From an uncultured bacterium (GTDB taxonomy: Bacteria > UBP4 > UBA4092): DNA of 44,824 bases. The position numbers and the translations under genes were made by a program. The stretch is from positions 124,001 to 168,824 of the forward strand of contig CAZXWN010000004.1 in assembly GCA_964644695.1 (NCBI GenBank). Reading direction: 5' to 3'. The notes under the pieces are model-generated. The model ran no database searches, was not told the DNA's origin, and saw only the letters and a program-made list of their open reading frames with translations. How positions within the stretch are numbered: the first letter of the stretch is position 1; each line of letters starts with the position of its first letter. Positions 27,722 to 37,973 of this stretch are shown here, one piece after another.

Positions 27722-28330
27722 CTATTTCAATAAACTCATTGCCTGCTGAATATCTTGCGCGATCATGGTTCGTTTACTCTTCTCAATGAAAAAGCTGGGC
27801 CCGGCCTGCAAATAGGAAGGAAACACACGAACACCATGATAATAATATTCTCCCGAACGCAGCTTACAGGTTGAACCTGCAGGAATGACTCTTTTCTCTC
27901 CCTGACGTCGAGCAATAGTATTAACAGCTTGAATCGCCACATCCCCCATCAACATCCAGACTTTAGCATGAGGAAATAAAGAAAGTTCTTCTTCCAATAG
28001 TTTTGAACATTCCTTGATAGTATCGGTTTTTATTCCATACCCGGTCTTTCCACACTTAATCGCAGTCGTGAAATAAATACCCAAACTGAGAATATCCTTA
28101 AATGATTTGACGGAGACTCCAGCATCCTGAAAGGCAAGCAATGTGGTTTTTTCAAACAGGGATTCACCACCAGAATAGTAATAATCTTCCATTTTCCCCG
28201 GAGCTGCTTCGGATATCATCACCATCCGGATTTTATCGGACTGAATCTGATTCGAGGGCACCTGATACAATTCTTTCCGGATATCTAAACACGGAAAGTC
28301 TACGCATTTAATCTTCTGGCATATTTTCAT
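27722..28330 (-). CDS. Uracil-DNA glycosylase-like family protein
   Basis: MISEAAP, TTAIKC, C...LEEEL and LMGDVA. Start placed at ATG 28330. Confidence 0.7.
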   Translation of the reverse strand: MKICQKIKCVDFPCLDIRKELYQVPSNQIQSDKIRMVMISEAAPGKMEDYYYSGGESLFEKTTLLAFQDAGVSVKSFKDILSLGIYFTTAIKCGKTGYGIKTDTIKECSKLLEEELSLFPHAKVWMLMGDVAIQAVNTIARRQGEKRVIPAGSTCKLRSGEYYYHGVRVFPSYLQAGPSFFIEKSKRTMIAQDIQQAMSLLK

Positions 28331-28355
28331 ATAAGCACCCCCGGTGCCGAGGTCA

Positions 28356-28721
28356 TTATTCACCATCCCGGTGAACAATATCGGGCGCAAAGGCAGGTAG
28401 ACAAACAGCAATATATTCCGCCCCTTCAGGATCTGGACTGCTATATTTGACCCAAGTACCCCGAGAGATCAAGATTGCCTGTCCCGCTTTAACGACATAT
28501 TTCTCGTTTTTAAGTTGGACATGGAGTACGCCATGAAGAACAATTGTATATTCATCAAACTCGGGTGTTTGACCTGGCTCACTCCAACCTGCCGGGCTTT
28601 TCATACGCGCAATACTTACTTGATTGGTCATTGAATTAATAAGACCAAAGTATTCTTCTATGCGTTTGGGCAGATTACCTGCAGCACTGATAATGGTAGG
28701 TTCAGAAATAAACTGTTTCAT
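28356..28721 (-). CDS. Cupin domain protein
   Basis: GWSEPGQTPEFDEYTIVL.G and YIAVCLPAF. Confidence 0.85.
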   Translation of the reverse strand: MKQFISEPTIISAAGNLPKRIEEYFGLINSMTNQVSIARMKSPAGWSEPGQTPEFDEYTIVLHGVLHVQLKNEKYVVKAGQAILISRGTWVKYSSPDPEGAEYIAVCLPAFAPDIVHRDGE

Positions 28722-28788
28722 AATTCATCCCTTTATTTGAATATACTAATTACCCGACCTGACTCATTATACAAAGATTTAAATTAGA

Positions 28789-29325
28789 TTACCACCCTCC
28801 ACCTGGTCTCCACGAAGCTGTCAGTGATTGAGTTACGTCCAAGTTCGGAGTACGAGGAAGTGAATAATACATCACGGTCCCTTTTTCATCAGGAGTTGCT
28901 ATAATCTCGCTATCCCGAAATAAAAATAAAGGACCTTTCCACACCTTCCAACCTAACTTTGCATACCATGGCGCGATATAAGTCGATAAGCCTGCAATAT
29001 CAAAATCTTCCCTAACACATAATGTCAGTGCCCGCATCACTTGGCTGGCACATCCCTTTTTCTGATATTCAGGCAACGTCGCTACAGCATCGATGTAAGC
29101 AGCTTTCATCTCAGGCAAATCGTTTGTTCGAAATATACGTTCTGTAGCAACAGCATGGCAAATCAAAACATGATTTTCGTCATATCCAATTGCATGAATA
29201 CTTCCATCAGGAAGAAAACTGAACAACTCATTGAAAGGAGCACCAAAGGCGGCGTTACACACGGCAAGAATTTCATTACGGAGAGACTGTGGCATATCTT
29301 CCGTTTTCATTATTTTTATGACCAT
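28789..29325 (-). CDS. GNAT acetyltransferase, AAC(2')-like
   Basis: AYIDAVATLPEYQKKG, Y..LGW..WKGP and C-terminal WRPGGGW. Confidence 0.75.
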   Translation of the reverse strand: MVIKIMKTEDMPQSLRNEILAVCNAAFGAPFNELFSFLPDGSIHAIGYDENHVLICHAVATERIFRTNDLPEMKAAYIDAVATLPEYQKKGCASQVMRALTLCVREDFDIAGLSTYIAPWYAKLGWKVWKGPLFLFRDSEIIATPDEKGTVMYYSLPRTPNLDVTQSLTASWRPGGGW

Positions 29326-29349
29326 TATCCGAATCCCAAAATTTCAGTC

Positions 29350-30102
29350 TTAGAGCTTGCCCAGTAGTCGAACGAGTCCATCAAGAGTCGTAGCAGGATG
29401 AGGAGGACAGCCAGGTATATATAAATCCACAGGCAATATTTCACTAATCCCGGAAACTGTTTCAGCATGCCCCTGATACGTCCCTCCTGAGATAGCACAA
29501 GCTCCGACTGCAATAACCAATTTAGGCGAAGCAATCGCATCATAGGTTTTCAAAAGAGCTTCTTTCATGTTTTGACTGACTGGACCTGTAACCAAAATCC
29601 CATCAGCATGACGAGGTGAGGCTACGAACTGAATCCCAAATCGGTTCAAGTCCCATCCTACGGTGGTTAGTACATTCACATCGGCCTCACAGGCATTACA
29701 TCCACCCGCACTAACCTCCCTTAGTTTTAAAGATCTTCCTAATACTCGTTTCATTTCTTTATCAAGTTGACTTGCCAGTTTTAATGATTGTCCCATTTCC
29801 ACAACCAAATCTTCCCTGGCCCGAACAGACAACGAGAAGTCTGAACCATATGTGACAAGGTTCTCTGGACAAGCATTCTGACAATCTGTACAAAACAGGC
29901 AGCGTCCCAAATCTACCTTCAAATTCCCATCAAAGGCTATAGCCTGAGTAGGACATACATCTACACAGGCTCTACATTCCTTTGGACAATGTGCAACATC
30001 AAACTGTGGAATCCCCCTGAAACGGTCTGGAAGTTTTATTCCTTCCGGGAATTTCATAGTTCGGTGTCCCTGATGATATCGGGCAGATAAAATTGAGAAC
30101 AT
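29350..30102 (-). CDS. Ehr/Hyf small subunit (2x[4Fe-4S] domain fused to NuoB-like domain)
   Basis: CRACVDVCP, CLFCTDCQNACP, GGCNACE, SPRHAD and IPGCPP. Confidence 0.92.
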   Translation of the reverse strand: MFSILSARYHQGHRTMKFPEGIKLPDRFRGIPQFDVAHCPKECRACVDVCPTQAIAFDGNLKVDLGRCLFCTDCQNACPENLVTYGSDFSLSVRAREDLVVEMGQSLKLASQLDKEMKRVLGRSLKLREVSAGGCNACEADVNVLTTVGWDLNRFGIQFVASPRHADGILVTGPVSQNMKEALLKTYDAIASPKLVIAVGACAISGGTYQGHAETVSGISEILPVDLYIPGCPPHPATTLDGLVRLLGKL

Positions 30103-30135
30103 CCAGTAACTCCTTCTTAATTCTGTTCTGCAATA

Positions 30136-31644
30136 TTACAAATCATATCCACAATATGACAGATTAAAACTCTTATTGCATAATGGAAAATCTGATATTT
30201 GCTGATTACGCAAAGCCATTGCTAATCCTGACCAGTTATGAAAAGAGGGGTCAACTATTTTGTACCGCTTGAATTGTCCTGCCGCATTCGTTTGGGCTAC
30301 ATGACAAATCTCACCTCGCCACCCTTCCACCAGCGACACACATACACTGTCAGGAGATAGAGATTGAATCTCTGTTTTAACAGGTCCCGAAGGCAAGGCC
30401 ATCAATTGTTCCTGAATATATTCAATGGAGTGCTGCACTTCCAACCATCTCACATAAGCGCGGGCGAACACATCACCAGTCCGACAACTGGAGATGGGAA
30501 TGTGAGAAAACCGATAATGCCCAGTGGGATGATCCAGTCGAACATCCTGAGTTAAACTGCAGGCCCTTGCTGCCGGACCGACTATGCCTAACTCGCGGGC
30601 AACCTTTGCAGTCACAGCGCCTGTCCCCTCAAATCGGGCCAGCACGGAAGTAGAATTCCACAACAACTCTATAGCATTAGTAATATCGGCATATCCCTGC
30701 TGCAACATCTGAGATAACTTTTCAACTCTTCCCGGTTCCATATCAAAACCAATTCCACCAGGAATTACTATCCCTCTGCCAAATCTGCTGCCGCATATCA
30801 GTGCTGACATATTCAAGAAATCGCCACGGATACGGCCACAGTACGAAGCTGTAGGAAGAAAACCCACATCACCAGCCAAGGCACCCAAATCGCCGATATG
30901 ATTAGCAATTCGTTCCAGTTCAAGAGCAATGGCGCGAATAACCTGAGAGCGTAGTGAGGGCTTACCTTTTGATAAGGATTCTAAAACTTCACAATAAGCC
31001 GTCGTATGGCCAACGGTAGTATCACCGGCCGCTGTCTCCATATAATGCAGTGTCCGATAATTCGGGCTGCCAATTAATGCGCGTTCAATCCCTCGATGCT
31101 GATATCCCAATGAGATTTCAAGGTGAAAGACTTCCTCACCATGACATTGAAACCGGAAGTGCCCTGGCTCAATAATCCCAGCATGCACCGGCCCCACAGC
31201 CACTTCATGAACAGATTCACCCTCGACCCGGAAATAATCAGTAATACCAATTTCGGGCAACGCCATTTCACCCGTTTCCGTCTCCAGAGATTTCTGGAAT
31301 CGAACCGGTTTTAACCAGGGGTGACCCACCGGAGTTATACCATATTGTTCAAATATCTCGCGTTCAAATAAATGAATAGGAGGGCACTGTTTTGTAATTG
31401 ACGGAAATTCTCGTCCGTCTAAAATAGCATGCCCCAGATAAAGAGTCCCGTTGTGGTCATCTGTCATAACGGCGACAAACTCATGTCGCGTGGATTCATC
31501 CTCTGGAAGTGCATAGAAAGCGCTGACCCGCTGACCATCCTCATATCTCTGAACAATTTCTTCCTGAAACGATTGAAAATCCAAAGCAGGCCAATTATCC
31601 AGGGAAAGTGTTCCACCGTTATGCAGAGGCGTGAACTTATCCAT
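30136..31644 (-). CDS. Ehr large subunit (HyfG/NuoCD-like, lacking NiFe cysteine motifs)
   Basis: VGPVHAGIIEPGHFRF and EGWRGE present. No RxCxxC or DPCxxC. Ends NKSFNLSYCGYDL. Confidence 0.9.
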   Translation of the reverse strand: MDKFTPLHNGGTLSLDNWPALDFQSFQEEIVQRYEDGQRVSAFYALPEDESTRHEFVAVMTDDHNGTLYLGHAILDGREFPSITKQCPPIHLFEREIFEQYGITPVGHPWLKPVRFQKSLETETGEMALPEIGITDYFRVEGESVHEVAVGPVHAGIIEPGHFRFQCHGEEVFHLEISLGYQHRGIERALIGSPNYRTLHYMETAAGDTTVGHTTAYCEVLESLSKGKPSLRSQVIRAIALELERIANHIGDLGALAGDVGFLPTASYCGRIRGDFLNMSALICGSRFGRGIVIPGGIGFDMEPGRVEKLSQMLQQGYADITNAIELLWNSTSVLARFEGTGAVTAKVARELGIVGPAARACSLTQDVRLDHPTGHYRFSHIPISSCRTGDVFARAYVRWLEVQHSIEYIQEQLMALPSGPVKTEIQSLSPDSVCVSLVEGWRGEICHVAQTNAAGQFKRYKIVDPSFHNWSGLAMALRNQQISDFPLCNKSFNLSYCGYDL

Positions 31645-33076
31645 GGTTCACCTCCAGATAACTCTGAGCATCTTGAATCAGATGTCGAAGCGGTTCAGGC
31701 ATAAATATTCCCAAAACTAAAATCAATGCGAAAAGAACCAGTATCGGTAACACTGTCAAAGCACTTTCTTTCAGTGTTTCAGTGGGCTCAGTCGATTCAG
31801 CTCTATGCCCTTGAAGTGCGGTTAATACAGTCCGGCCCATGCCGATAAACACGATCAACAGGAATAGAAGGAGTAATCCTCCCACCAGATAATTTCCAGT
31901 GAGAAAGGACCCATTCAATATCATAAATTCACTAATGAAAGGTGAAAACGGAGGGGACCCAGTAATGGCAATAAATCCAACCAAAAACAACCCTGCAGAT
32001 AATGGAAGTAGTTTCAAGGCTCCCTTAATATCGGTGAGAGATTTCCCACCAAAAGCATGGGTAATATTCCCCGCCGCCAGGAACAACATCCCTTTTGTGA
32101 GACCGTTGTTGACCAGGTGAAACATGGCTCCCCAGCTGGCTGAACCACCCAACCCAAGACCCAGGGTAATCAATCCCATGTGCTCCACACTGGAATAAGC
32201 AAGCATTCGTTTGATGTCGGTTTGCCCCATCATAAATACCGCTGCCGCTGCCATGGACAACAACCCCATAATCAATAACAAATGGTGAGAAGAAGAAAAG
32301 TCTCCCGCTGCCCGGTTGATAGTATATATTCTCAACAACGCTAGAAACGCACAGTTAGTAAGTCCCCCGGCCAGCAAAGCACCTACGATACCAGAGGCTT
32401 CACCATAAGCATCGGGTTTCCAGGTATGCATCGGGGCCAATCCCATTTTGGTTCCGTATCCAACCAAAATAAAAACAAACGATATCTTTAACCATTCTTT
32501 TGATAACAAGGGTGCGGAAGCCAATAAATCGGGGATAAACAATGACGGAGTCCCGCCACCTTTTATTGACGCATAGGCCAGACAAAAAGTCCCAAGTAAA
32601 GCCAATGCAATACCTACGGAACAAATCAGCAGATACTTCCAGGTCGCCTCAATGGACCGTTCATGATAATTGAAATAAATCAGGGGCGCAGTTGTCAGTG
32701 TAGTCGCTTCCATGGCCACCCACATAAGACCCAAATGCTGAGACCAGGTGACCAATGTCATCATACCCAGAAATGCCAGCATGAAAGAACAAAATCCCTT
32801 ATTCGGTCGATCAAGGTGATTATTAAGATAACCAACCGCATAAATGGAGCAGCACAGATACAATACACTAACTGTCAATAATACTAATCGACCCGGAGCA
32901 TCCAAAGTCAGATAGGAATTAATCACCTGTAAATCAGGACGCGTGAGAATAAATACCGTCGCAACAGTATGAAATATTCCGGCGAAAGGAACAAGATATA
33001 TCCGATAACGATTGGAAGGAATAATCCAGGCTAACGCAGCCAGAATCCAGGGAAAGAAAATTAGTCCTGAGGCCAT
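31637..33076 (-). CDS. HyfF-like proton-translocating membrane subunit
   Basis: WVAMEATT, GTKMGLAPMHTWKPDAY and KRMLAYSSVEH. Confidence 0.9.
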   Translation of the reverse strand: MASGLIFFPWILAALAWIIPSNRYRIYLVPFAGIFHTVATVFILTRPDLQVINSYLTLDAPGRLVLLTVSVLYLCCSIYAVGYLNNHLDRPNKGFCSFMLAFLGMMTLVTWSQHLGLMWVAMEATTLTTAPLIYFNYHERSIEATWKYLLICSVGIALALLGTFCLAYASIKGGGTPSLFIPDLLASAPLLSKEWLKISFVFILVGYGTKMGLAPMHTWKPDAYGEASGIVGALLAGGLTNCAFLALLRIYTINRAAGDFSSSHHLLLIMGLLSMAAAAVFMMGQTDIKRMLAYSSVEHMGLITLGLGLGGSASWGAMFHLVNNGLTKGMLFLAAGNITHAFGGKSLTDIKGALKLLPLSAGLFLVGFIAITGSPPFSPFISEFMILNGSFLTGNYLVGGLLLLFLLIVFIGMGRTVLTALQGHRAESTEPTETLKESALTVLPILVLFALILVLGIFMPEPLRHLIQDAQSYLEVNHG

Positions 33077-33723
33077 GGATTTTCCTCCTTTAAGGTGGTC
33101 AGCAGTCTTGTATTCAAAGACTGGTAAGTATTACTGATATGATTCAGGATGATACCAATCAAGAACAATCCCACGAATAAATCCAGAAGAAGTCCTACTT
33201 CAACAAAGAAGGGCATGGCATCCAACATCAATAAGCTGAAAATAAATATTCCATTTTCTAAAACCAGATAACCCAGTGCCTGACTGATAGCCTTTATTCG
33301 AGTCGTCAATAAAATCAGACCCGTAAGCATTGTGGCTAATGAGGTGGGTACCAGTAATGTGCCAGAGTGAGCAGGTATCAAAGGTAACAGCCCGGAGTAA
33401 ACCAAAGCCAACCCCGTACCTAAGGCTCCAATAACCATGGACGGCAGCACTCCCAGTAAGGGTGCATTTTCATTACGGTTTCGGACTTCTCGTAAAGCAC
33501 GATATAGAATCGTCGGTATCAATACGGCTTTTACGAGGAGTGTAGCCAAAGCCAGTAAAATAGATTCCGGATGCCAAAACCCGTGAAACAGTAGTGGCAT
33601 TATGCCAATAATAGCGCCTTCAATAGTTACAATCCTAATCATGGTATTGATTCTGTTTGTTCCGAGTGCGAACAAGTTCAGAAGTAATACCGTTGCAAGC
33701 AGGGTGTTTGTCAGTGTCATCAT
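33061..33723 (-). CDS. HyfE-like membrane subunit
   Basis: Multi-TM protein with LVKAVLIP and GYLVLENG. Operon position fits. Confidence 0.85.
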   Translation of the reverse strand: MMTLTNTLLATVLLLNLFALGTNRINTMIRIVTIEGAIIGIMPLLFHGFWHPESILLALATLLVKAVLIPTILYRALREVRNRNENAPLLGVLPSMVIGALGTGLALVYSGLLPLIPAHSGTLLVPTSLATMLTGLILLTTRIKAISQALGYLVLENGIFIFSLLMLDAMPFFVEVGLLLDLFVGLFLIGIILNHISNTYQSLNTRLLTTLKEENPWPQD

Positions 33724-33726
33724 AAA

Positions 33727-34647
33727 TTATCTTCCCAACAGTAATAACCCAAACATGGATAAAACTCCGGCCGCTACCAGTAAATGAGGGACCCGAACCA
33801 TGGGCAGTCGAGCCATTATGGATTCAGTAACCCCTACCACTATGGACAGCAGGAATAACCCACCCAGATACACTATCAATCCATATCCAGAAGCAATCAC
33901 ATGAAAGGGCATAACAATATTGACCAGGACAGTCCCCAAAATAAAAAGTTTCAAGGCTGAACCATATTCAATCAATCCTAATAAAGGTCCACTATGGTCT
34001 AACACCATAACTTCATGAATCATGGTCAATTCGAGGTGAGTATTCGGGTCATCTACCGGGATACGGCAGTTTTCCGTAAGAAGAATGATGTATAAACTGG
34101 CGGACACTAAAAGCAGTGAGGCCCATCCTCCCCACACATCCACAGGAGCACTTTGTAACATTCGCGTCAGACTTAAAGACCCGGAAAGTTTCACGAGAGT
34201 CAGAAATACAATAAACAAGGCGGGCTCAGCAAATACCGCAAAGGTAACCTCACGCGCCGCCCCCATTCCTTCGAAGGCAGACCCTGTATCTAATGCAGCA
34301 GCAGTTGTCAAAAACCGGGTCAAGGCAAACAAATAGGCAAATAAAATCAAATCACCTGTAAACCGAACCGGAGCCGGGATATTTCCCAGGGGAATCAGAA
34401 ATCCTGCCACCAGCAGGGCCATCACAGTAATCACAGGCCCGGCAATAAAGACCCAACGGGTCGTCTTGCTGATAACCAGATTTTTCCTTAACAGCTTAAT
34501 AATGTCGTAATAGGGCTGCAATACAGGAAAACCAACCCTGCCCGCAAAAAAGGCTTTAGTTTTATTGATGATTCCCAGCAGCAATGGCGGCAGCAGAATC
34601 AACAGTATGATATGGATTATTTGTTCAACAACCATGAACCCTTCCAT
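33727..34647 (-). CDS. HyfC/NuoH-like membrane subunit
   Basis: QPYYDIIKLLRK and ENCRIPVDDPNTHLELTMIHE. Confidence 0.9.
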   Translation of the reverse strand: MEGFMVVEQIIHIILLILLPPLLLGIINKTKAFFAGRVGFPVLQPYYDIIKLLRKNLVISKTTRWVFIAGPVITVMALLVAGFLIPLGNIPAPVRFTGDLILFAYLFALTRFLTTAAALDTGSAFEGMGAAREVTFAVFAEPALFIVFLTLVKLSGSLSLTRMLQSAPVDVWGGWASLLLVSASLYIILLTENCRIPVDDPNTHLELTMIHEVMVLDHSGPLLGLIEYGSALKLFILGTVLVNIVMPFHVIASGYGLIVYLGGLFLLSIVVGVTESIMARLPMVRVPHLLVAAGVLSMFGLLLLGR

Positions 34648-34651
34648 CCGA

Positions 34652-36670
34652 TCAATTAAATAACCCGTTCAGGAATGAAGCACCTGAACCGTAACTCAAT
34701 ATTAAAAGCAGTATCAGAGCGACAATGATATATAAAATGTATTGTTGTGACAGACCCTGGTGAAATCGGCGGAACCAGTTAAAACATTGTTCAATCTGTT
34801 CACCAAAAGGTTTGAGTGTTTTGTCTAATACTGCATCTTCGACATGATTGTGATGTTCTGCCGATTGAGGAAATAATTCCTTGATAACAGGCTTATGTTC
34901 TCTGGGGTTCAGTATCCACCCAAACAGCAGGACCAGTGATTGTGCAAAAGATGATGCTGTATATTGCATCCGAGCCGTCGGCGCCAGATATCCGCAGTCC
35001 CAGGTCCCATATTCCCTGTCCGTCCGCTGCACAACCATTTTCTTCATAAAGTAAAATCCAACCAGTATCAGGATAGCTAAAGTCAAAGCCATTCCTGTTA
35101 TCCAGTTCAACGGCGCCAGGGTATTAAGAGATAAAGAGGTGGATTGACCCGCAGGCATCCACTGTCTGATGACCGACTCCAAAACAGGTGTAACAACAAT
35201 AGGGAATACACCTATCAGGAAAGCAAATCCCGCCAACATCATCATCGGGATTAACATGGAAGATTTTGATTCATGTGCTTTATTAATGACGGAAGTTCTG
35301 GGCTCACCCAGAAATACCGCGCCATAGACTTTAACGAAGCAGGATACCGCCAGTGCGCCAGTCATCGCTAAAGCTGGAACAACTAACGCTACAAAGATAA
35401 ATGAAGGATGGTTCTGGACGGTAAGAGTACTGAATAATCCCAGATAAATAAACAATTCACTGATGAATCCATTGAGAGGAGGGAGTCCACAAATAGCAAC
35501 GGAACCAATAAAAAACATTAACCCGGTCACGGGCATCTTTCGCCCCACTCCACCCATAACATCGATACTCCGAGTTTCTAGATGATGAATAACACTGCCG
35601 GCACTAAAGAATAATAACGATTTGAATATTCCGTGGTTCCACACATGCAGAAGACATCCAGCCATTCCCAGGAATATCCAGTCCGGATGATTCATGGACC
35701 GGCCCAGCATAGCCAACCCTAACCCCATCAGGATGATTCCAATGTTTTCGATACTGTGGTAAGCCAGGAGGCGTTTCAAATCGTGTTGTCCAATGGCATA
35801 CATAACACCCACCAGTGAACTAATAACCCCTAACCCCAGAATTATTCCGCCCCAGGATATGGGAGGGTTTGGTATCAGACTGTATATCCGAATCAGACCA
35901 TATATCCCCATCTTGATCATGACTCCAGATAAGGTGGCAGAGACATGACTGGGAGCATTGGCATGAGCCCCTGGCAGCCAGAAATGTAAGGGCATGATTC
36001 CGGCTTTGAATCCAAAACCAACTAACGCCAGGACAAATATTACTCCCGCCAGAACAGGACTTAATTGGGCAGCCATCAGAGGAACTAATGAAAACGACCC
36101 GGACACCTTATTTAATAATGAAAATAAGGCAAACAGGCACAAGGTCCCCGTATGCGTCGCAATCAGATAGATCCATCCCGCTTCACAAACTTCAGGTTTA
36201 TCGTCTTCCGTAGTAATAAGAAAATAGGCAGACAGGGCCATCAATTCCCAGGCTATCAGGAATAAAACACCATCCCGCGCCAGAACTACCAATCCCATGC
36301 CCGCAATCAGAAGGCCATAAAACAGTCTTAACTTCCGGCCGTTTTCGGGGTGCTCATTTTGTTTCCAGTATTCTTGTCCATAAACTGAACCAAGTCCGCC
36401 AATGACAAAAATGGATACCAGAAAAAAGGCGGACAGGGAATCCACCGATAAATACATACTTCCAACCGGAATCGTCCAGGCATAGTGTATAGTCCAGATA
36501 CTTCCCGTCGCTAGAATCATTCCACTTCCGAGAAGTCCCAATATCGACCCCAAAACAGCCATACTCGTCGCCAGATGTTGTCCGGTTCGCGTGTGTCGAT
36601 TTATCAGCAGTCCGGGAAGACCACTGGCCGCATACAAGCAGAGCGCTATGATAATTATTGTTAAAGACAT
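34652..36670 (-). CDS. HyfB/NuoL-like membrane subunit
   Basis: WELMAL, KAGIMPLHFWLP.AH, KRLLAYHSIEN and WDCGY. Confidence 0.92.
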   Translation of the reverse strand: MSLTIIIIALCLYAASGLPGLLINRHTRTGQHLATSMAVLGSILGLLGSGMILATGSIWTIHYAWTIPVGSMYLSVDSLSAFFLVSIFVIGGLGSVYGQEYWKQNEHPENGRKLRLFYGLLIAGMGLVVLARDGVLFLIAWELMALSAYFLITTEDDKPEVCEAGWIYLIATHTGTLCLFALFSLLNKVSGSFSLVPLMAAQLSPVLAGVIFVLALVGFGFKAGIMPLHFWLPGAHANAPSHVSATLSGVMIKMGIYGLIRIYSLIPNPPISWGGIILGLGVISSLVGVMYAIGQHDLKRLLAYHSIENIGIILMGLGLAMLGRSMNHPDWIFLGMAGCLLHVWNHGIFKSLLFFSAGSVIHHLETRSIDVMGGVGRKMPVTGLMFFIGSVAICGLPPLNGFISELFIYLGLFSTLTVQNHPSFIFVALVVPALAMTGALAVSCFVKVYGAVFLGEPRTSVINKAHESKSSMLIPMMMLAGFAFLIGVFPIVVTPVLESVIRQWMPAGQSTSLSLNTLAPLNWITGMALTLAILILVGFYFMKKMVVQRTDREYGTWDCGYLAPTARMQYTASSFAQSLVLLFGWILNPREHKPVIKELFPQSAEHHNHVEDAVLDKTLKPFGEQIEQCFNWFRRFHQGLSQQYILYIIVALILLLILSYGSGASFLNGLFN

Positions 36671-36721
36671 ATCAAATTCCTGTATCTATTCAATCTACGC
36701 AGGCAATGTTATCTGTCTTAA

Positions 36722-37411
36722 TTAACTGTTACTGGCAGAGGGAAGAAGAGATTCTGCTTTTTTAAGAGAATCCATGAGTTCTTCTCGGGAGGCCTGGGAT
36801 TTTACTTTGTCCTTAAAATCCGAGTTTTGTAATATGAATGATAATCGAGACAAAAGATGTAAATGGGCTCGGACCGTTGGACTGACTATCACAAATAATA
36901 TATCTACCGGTTGACCATCAATTGCTCCAAAATCAATCGGATTTTCTAAAAAGCATAAAGTAACACTGGGTTTGTTGACATGAAGAACAATGGGATTCCG
37001 AACATGAGGAATGGCGATTCCATCCCCAATTCCAGTAGAACCTAATTTTTCTCGGGTCAATAATACCTGATGCAGAAATTCACGATCCACTTCCTCAGGT
37101 AACTTCATGACATCCAATACGGACCGGAATACACTCGATAAATCCTTACCCCCGACCCTGTACGCTACACCCCCGAAATTGAGAGCATCTGACAGACTCG
37201 GTAAAGAAATCTGGGCACCTTCCGCTTCCTCAAAAATCTCTGGGGATACGGATATCCGGTTCGCTGTCGCCCATTCCAACAACTCAACCCGATTAAACCG
37301 ATATTGGTCATTTAACCGATAGACGGGAATGGTTTCCTGTTTGATCCAACGATATACCGTCTTCTCGGACACACTTAATAATCGAGCCGCATCTTTGACT
37401 GTTAATCTCAT
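36722..37411 (-). CDS. Excisionase-type HTH fused to PTS EIIA (Ntr/Fru-type) domain
   Basis: LTVKDAARLLSVSEKTVYRW, then RE..GSTGIGDGIAIPH with the phospho-His. Start at ATG 37411 (alternative TTG at 37432). Confidence 0.9.
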   Translation of the reverse strand: MRLTVKDAARLLSVSEKTVYRWIKQETIPVYRLNDQYRFNRVELLEWATANRISVSPEIFEEAEGAQISLPSLSDALNFGGVAYRVGGKDLSSVFRSVLDVMKLPEEVDREFLHQVLLTREKLGSTGIGDGIAIPHVRNPIVLHVNKPSVTLCFLENPIDFGAIDGQPVDILFVIVSPTVRAHLHLLSRLSFILQNSDFKDKVKSQASREELMDSLKKAESLLPSASNS

Positions 37412-37504
37412 AAATTGACTCTCAGGGGACAATCTCGCTTAATATTGGACAATTATAGACATTTTACCACAGAAGAAAAAACACCCCTATCCTACCCTTA
37501 AAAC

Positions 37505-37547
37505 GTATCATCCACGGACCAGCTCTGAACAGCTCCGTGGATGATAC
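37505..37547. repeat. 14-bp-stem palindrome (REP-like or terminator)
   Basis: GTATCATCCACGGA-15 nt-TCCGTGGATGATAC. Confidence 0.6.
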
Positions 37548-37571
37548 CTTCAATAATTATTTGATTAATCT

Positions 37572-37967
37572 TTACGGATAAAGAGAGAATTGATCCGCAA
37601 CCGCCCACCATTTCCCATTTTCTTTAATGAAGGTAAACATATCCCTTCCACTGGATTCAACCCTCTGGTCTCCAACCATAAACGCCATATCAAAGTAATA
37701 CGTCACAATGGCCGTATCCCCATAGACCTGAATTTGAGGGTCAACTTCATTCCAATAGAGAATCCTGGCCATCTTCACAAATCCCAGCCAGCCCTCAATG
37801 CAAGCCTTTCGACCTTCTCTACGATTCCGATCTACTGGAGTAATGGCCACCATTCGTTCATGGAAATAATTCTCCAGACCACTGCCATCCCCTTTTGTCC
37901 AACAATCATTCAACTCACGAAGTGTTTGCCAGACTTCCTGTTGAGTTTCTGACTCAAAAGAATTCAT
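37572..37967 (-). CDS. SnoaL/NTF2-like (DUF4440) protein
   Basis: YGDTAIVTY and GRD.FTF.KENGKW. Confidence 0.82.
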   Translation of the reverse strand: MNSFESETQQEVWQTLRELNDCWTKGDGSGLENYFHERMVAITPVDRNRREGRKACIEGWLGFVKMARILYWNEVDPQIQVYGDTAIVTYYFDMAFMVGDQRVESSGRDMFTFIKENGKWWAVADQFSLYP

Positions 37968-37973
37968 AAGGGA

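Noticed and set aside
30136-31644. Functional [NiFe]-hydrogenase large subunit
   Set aside because: Both NiFe-binding CxxC motifs are missing.
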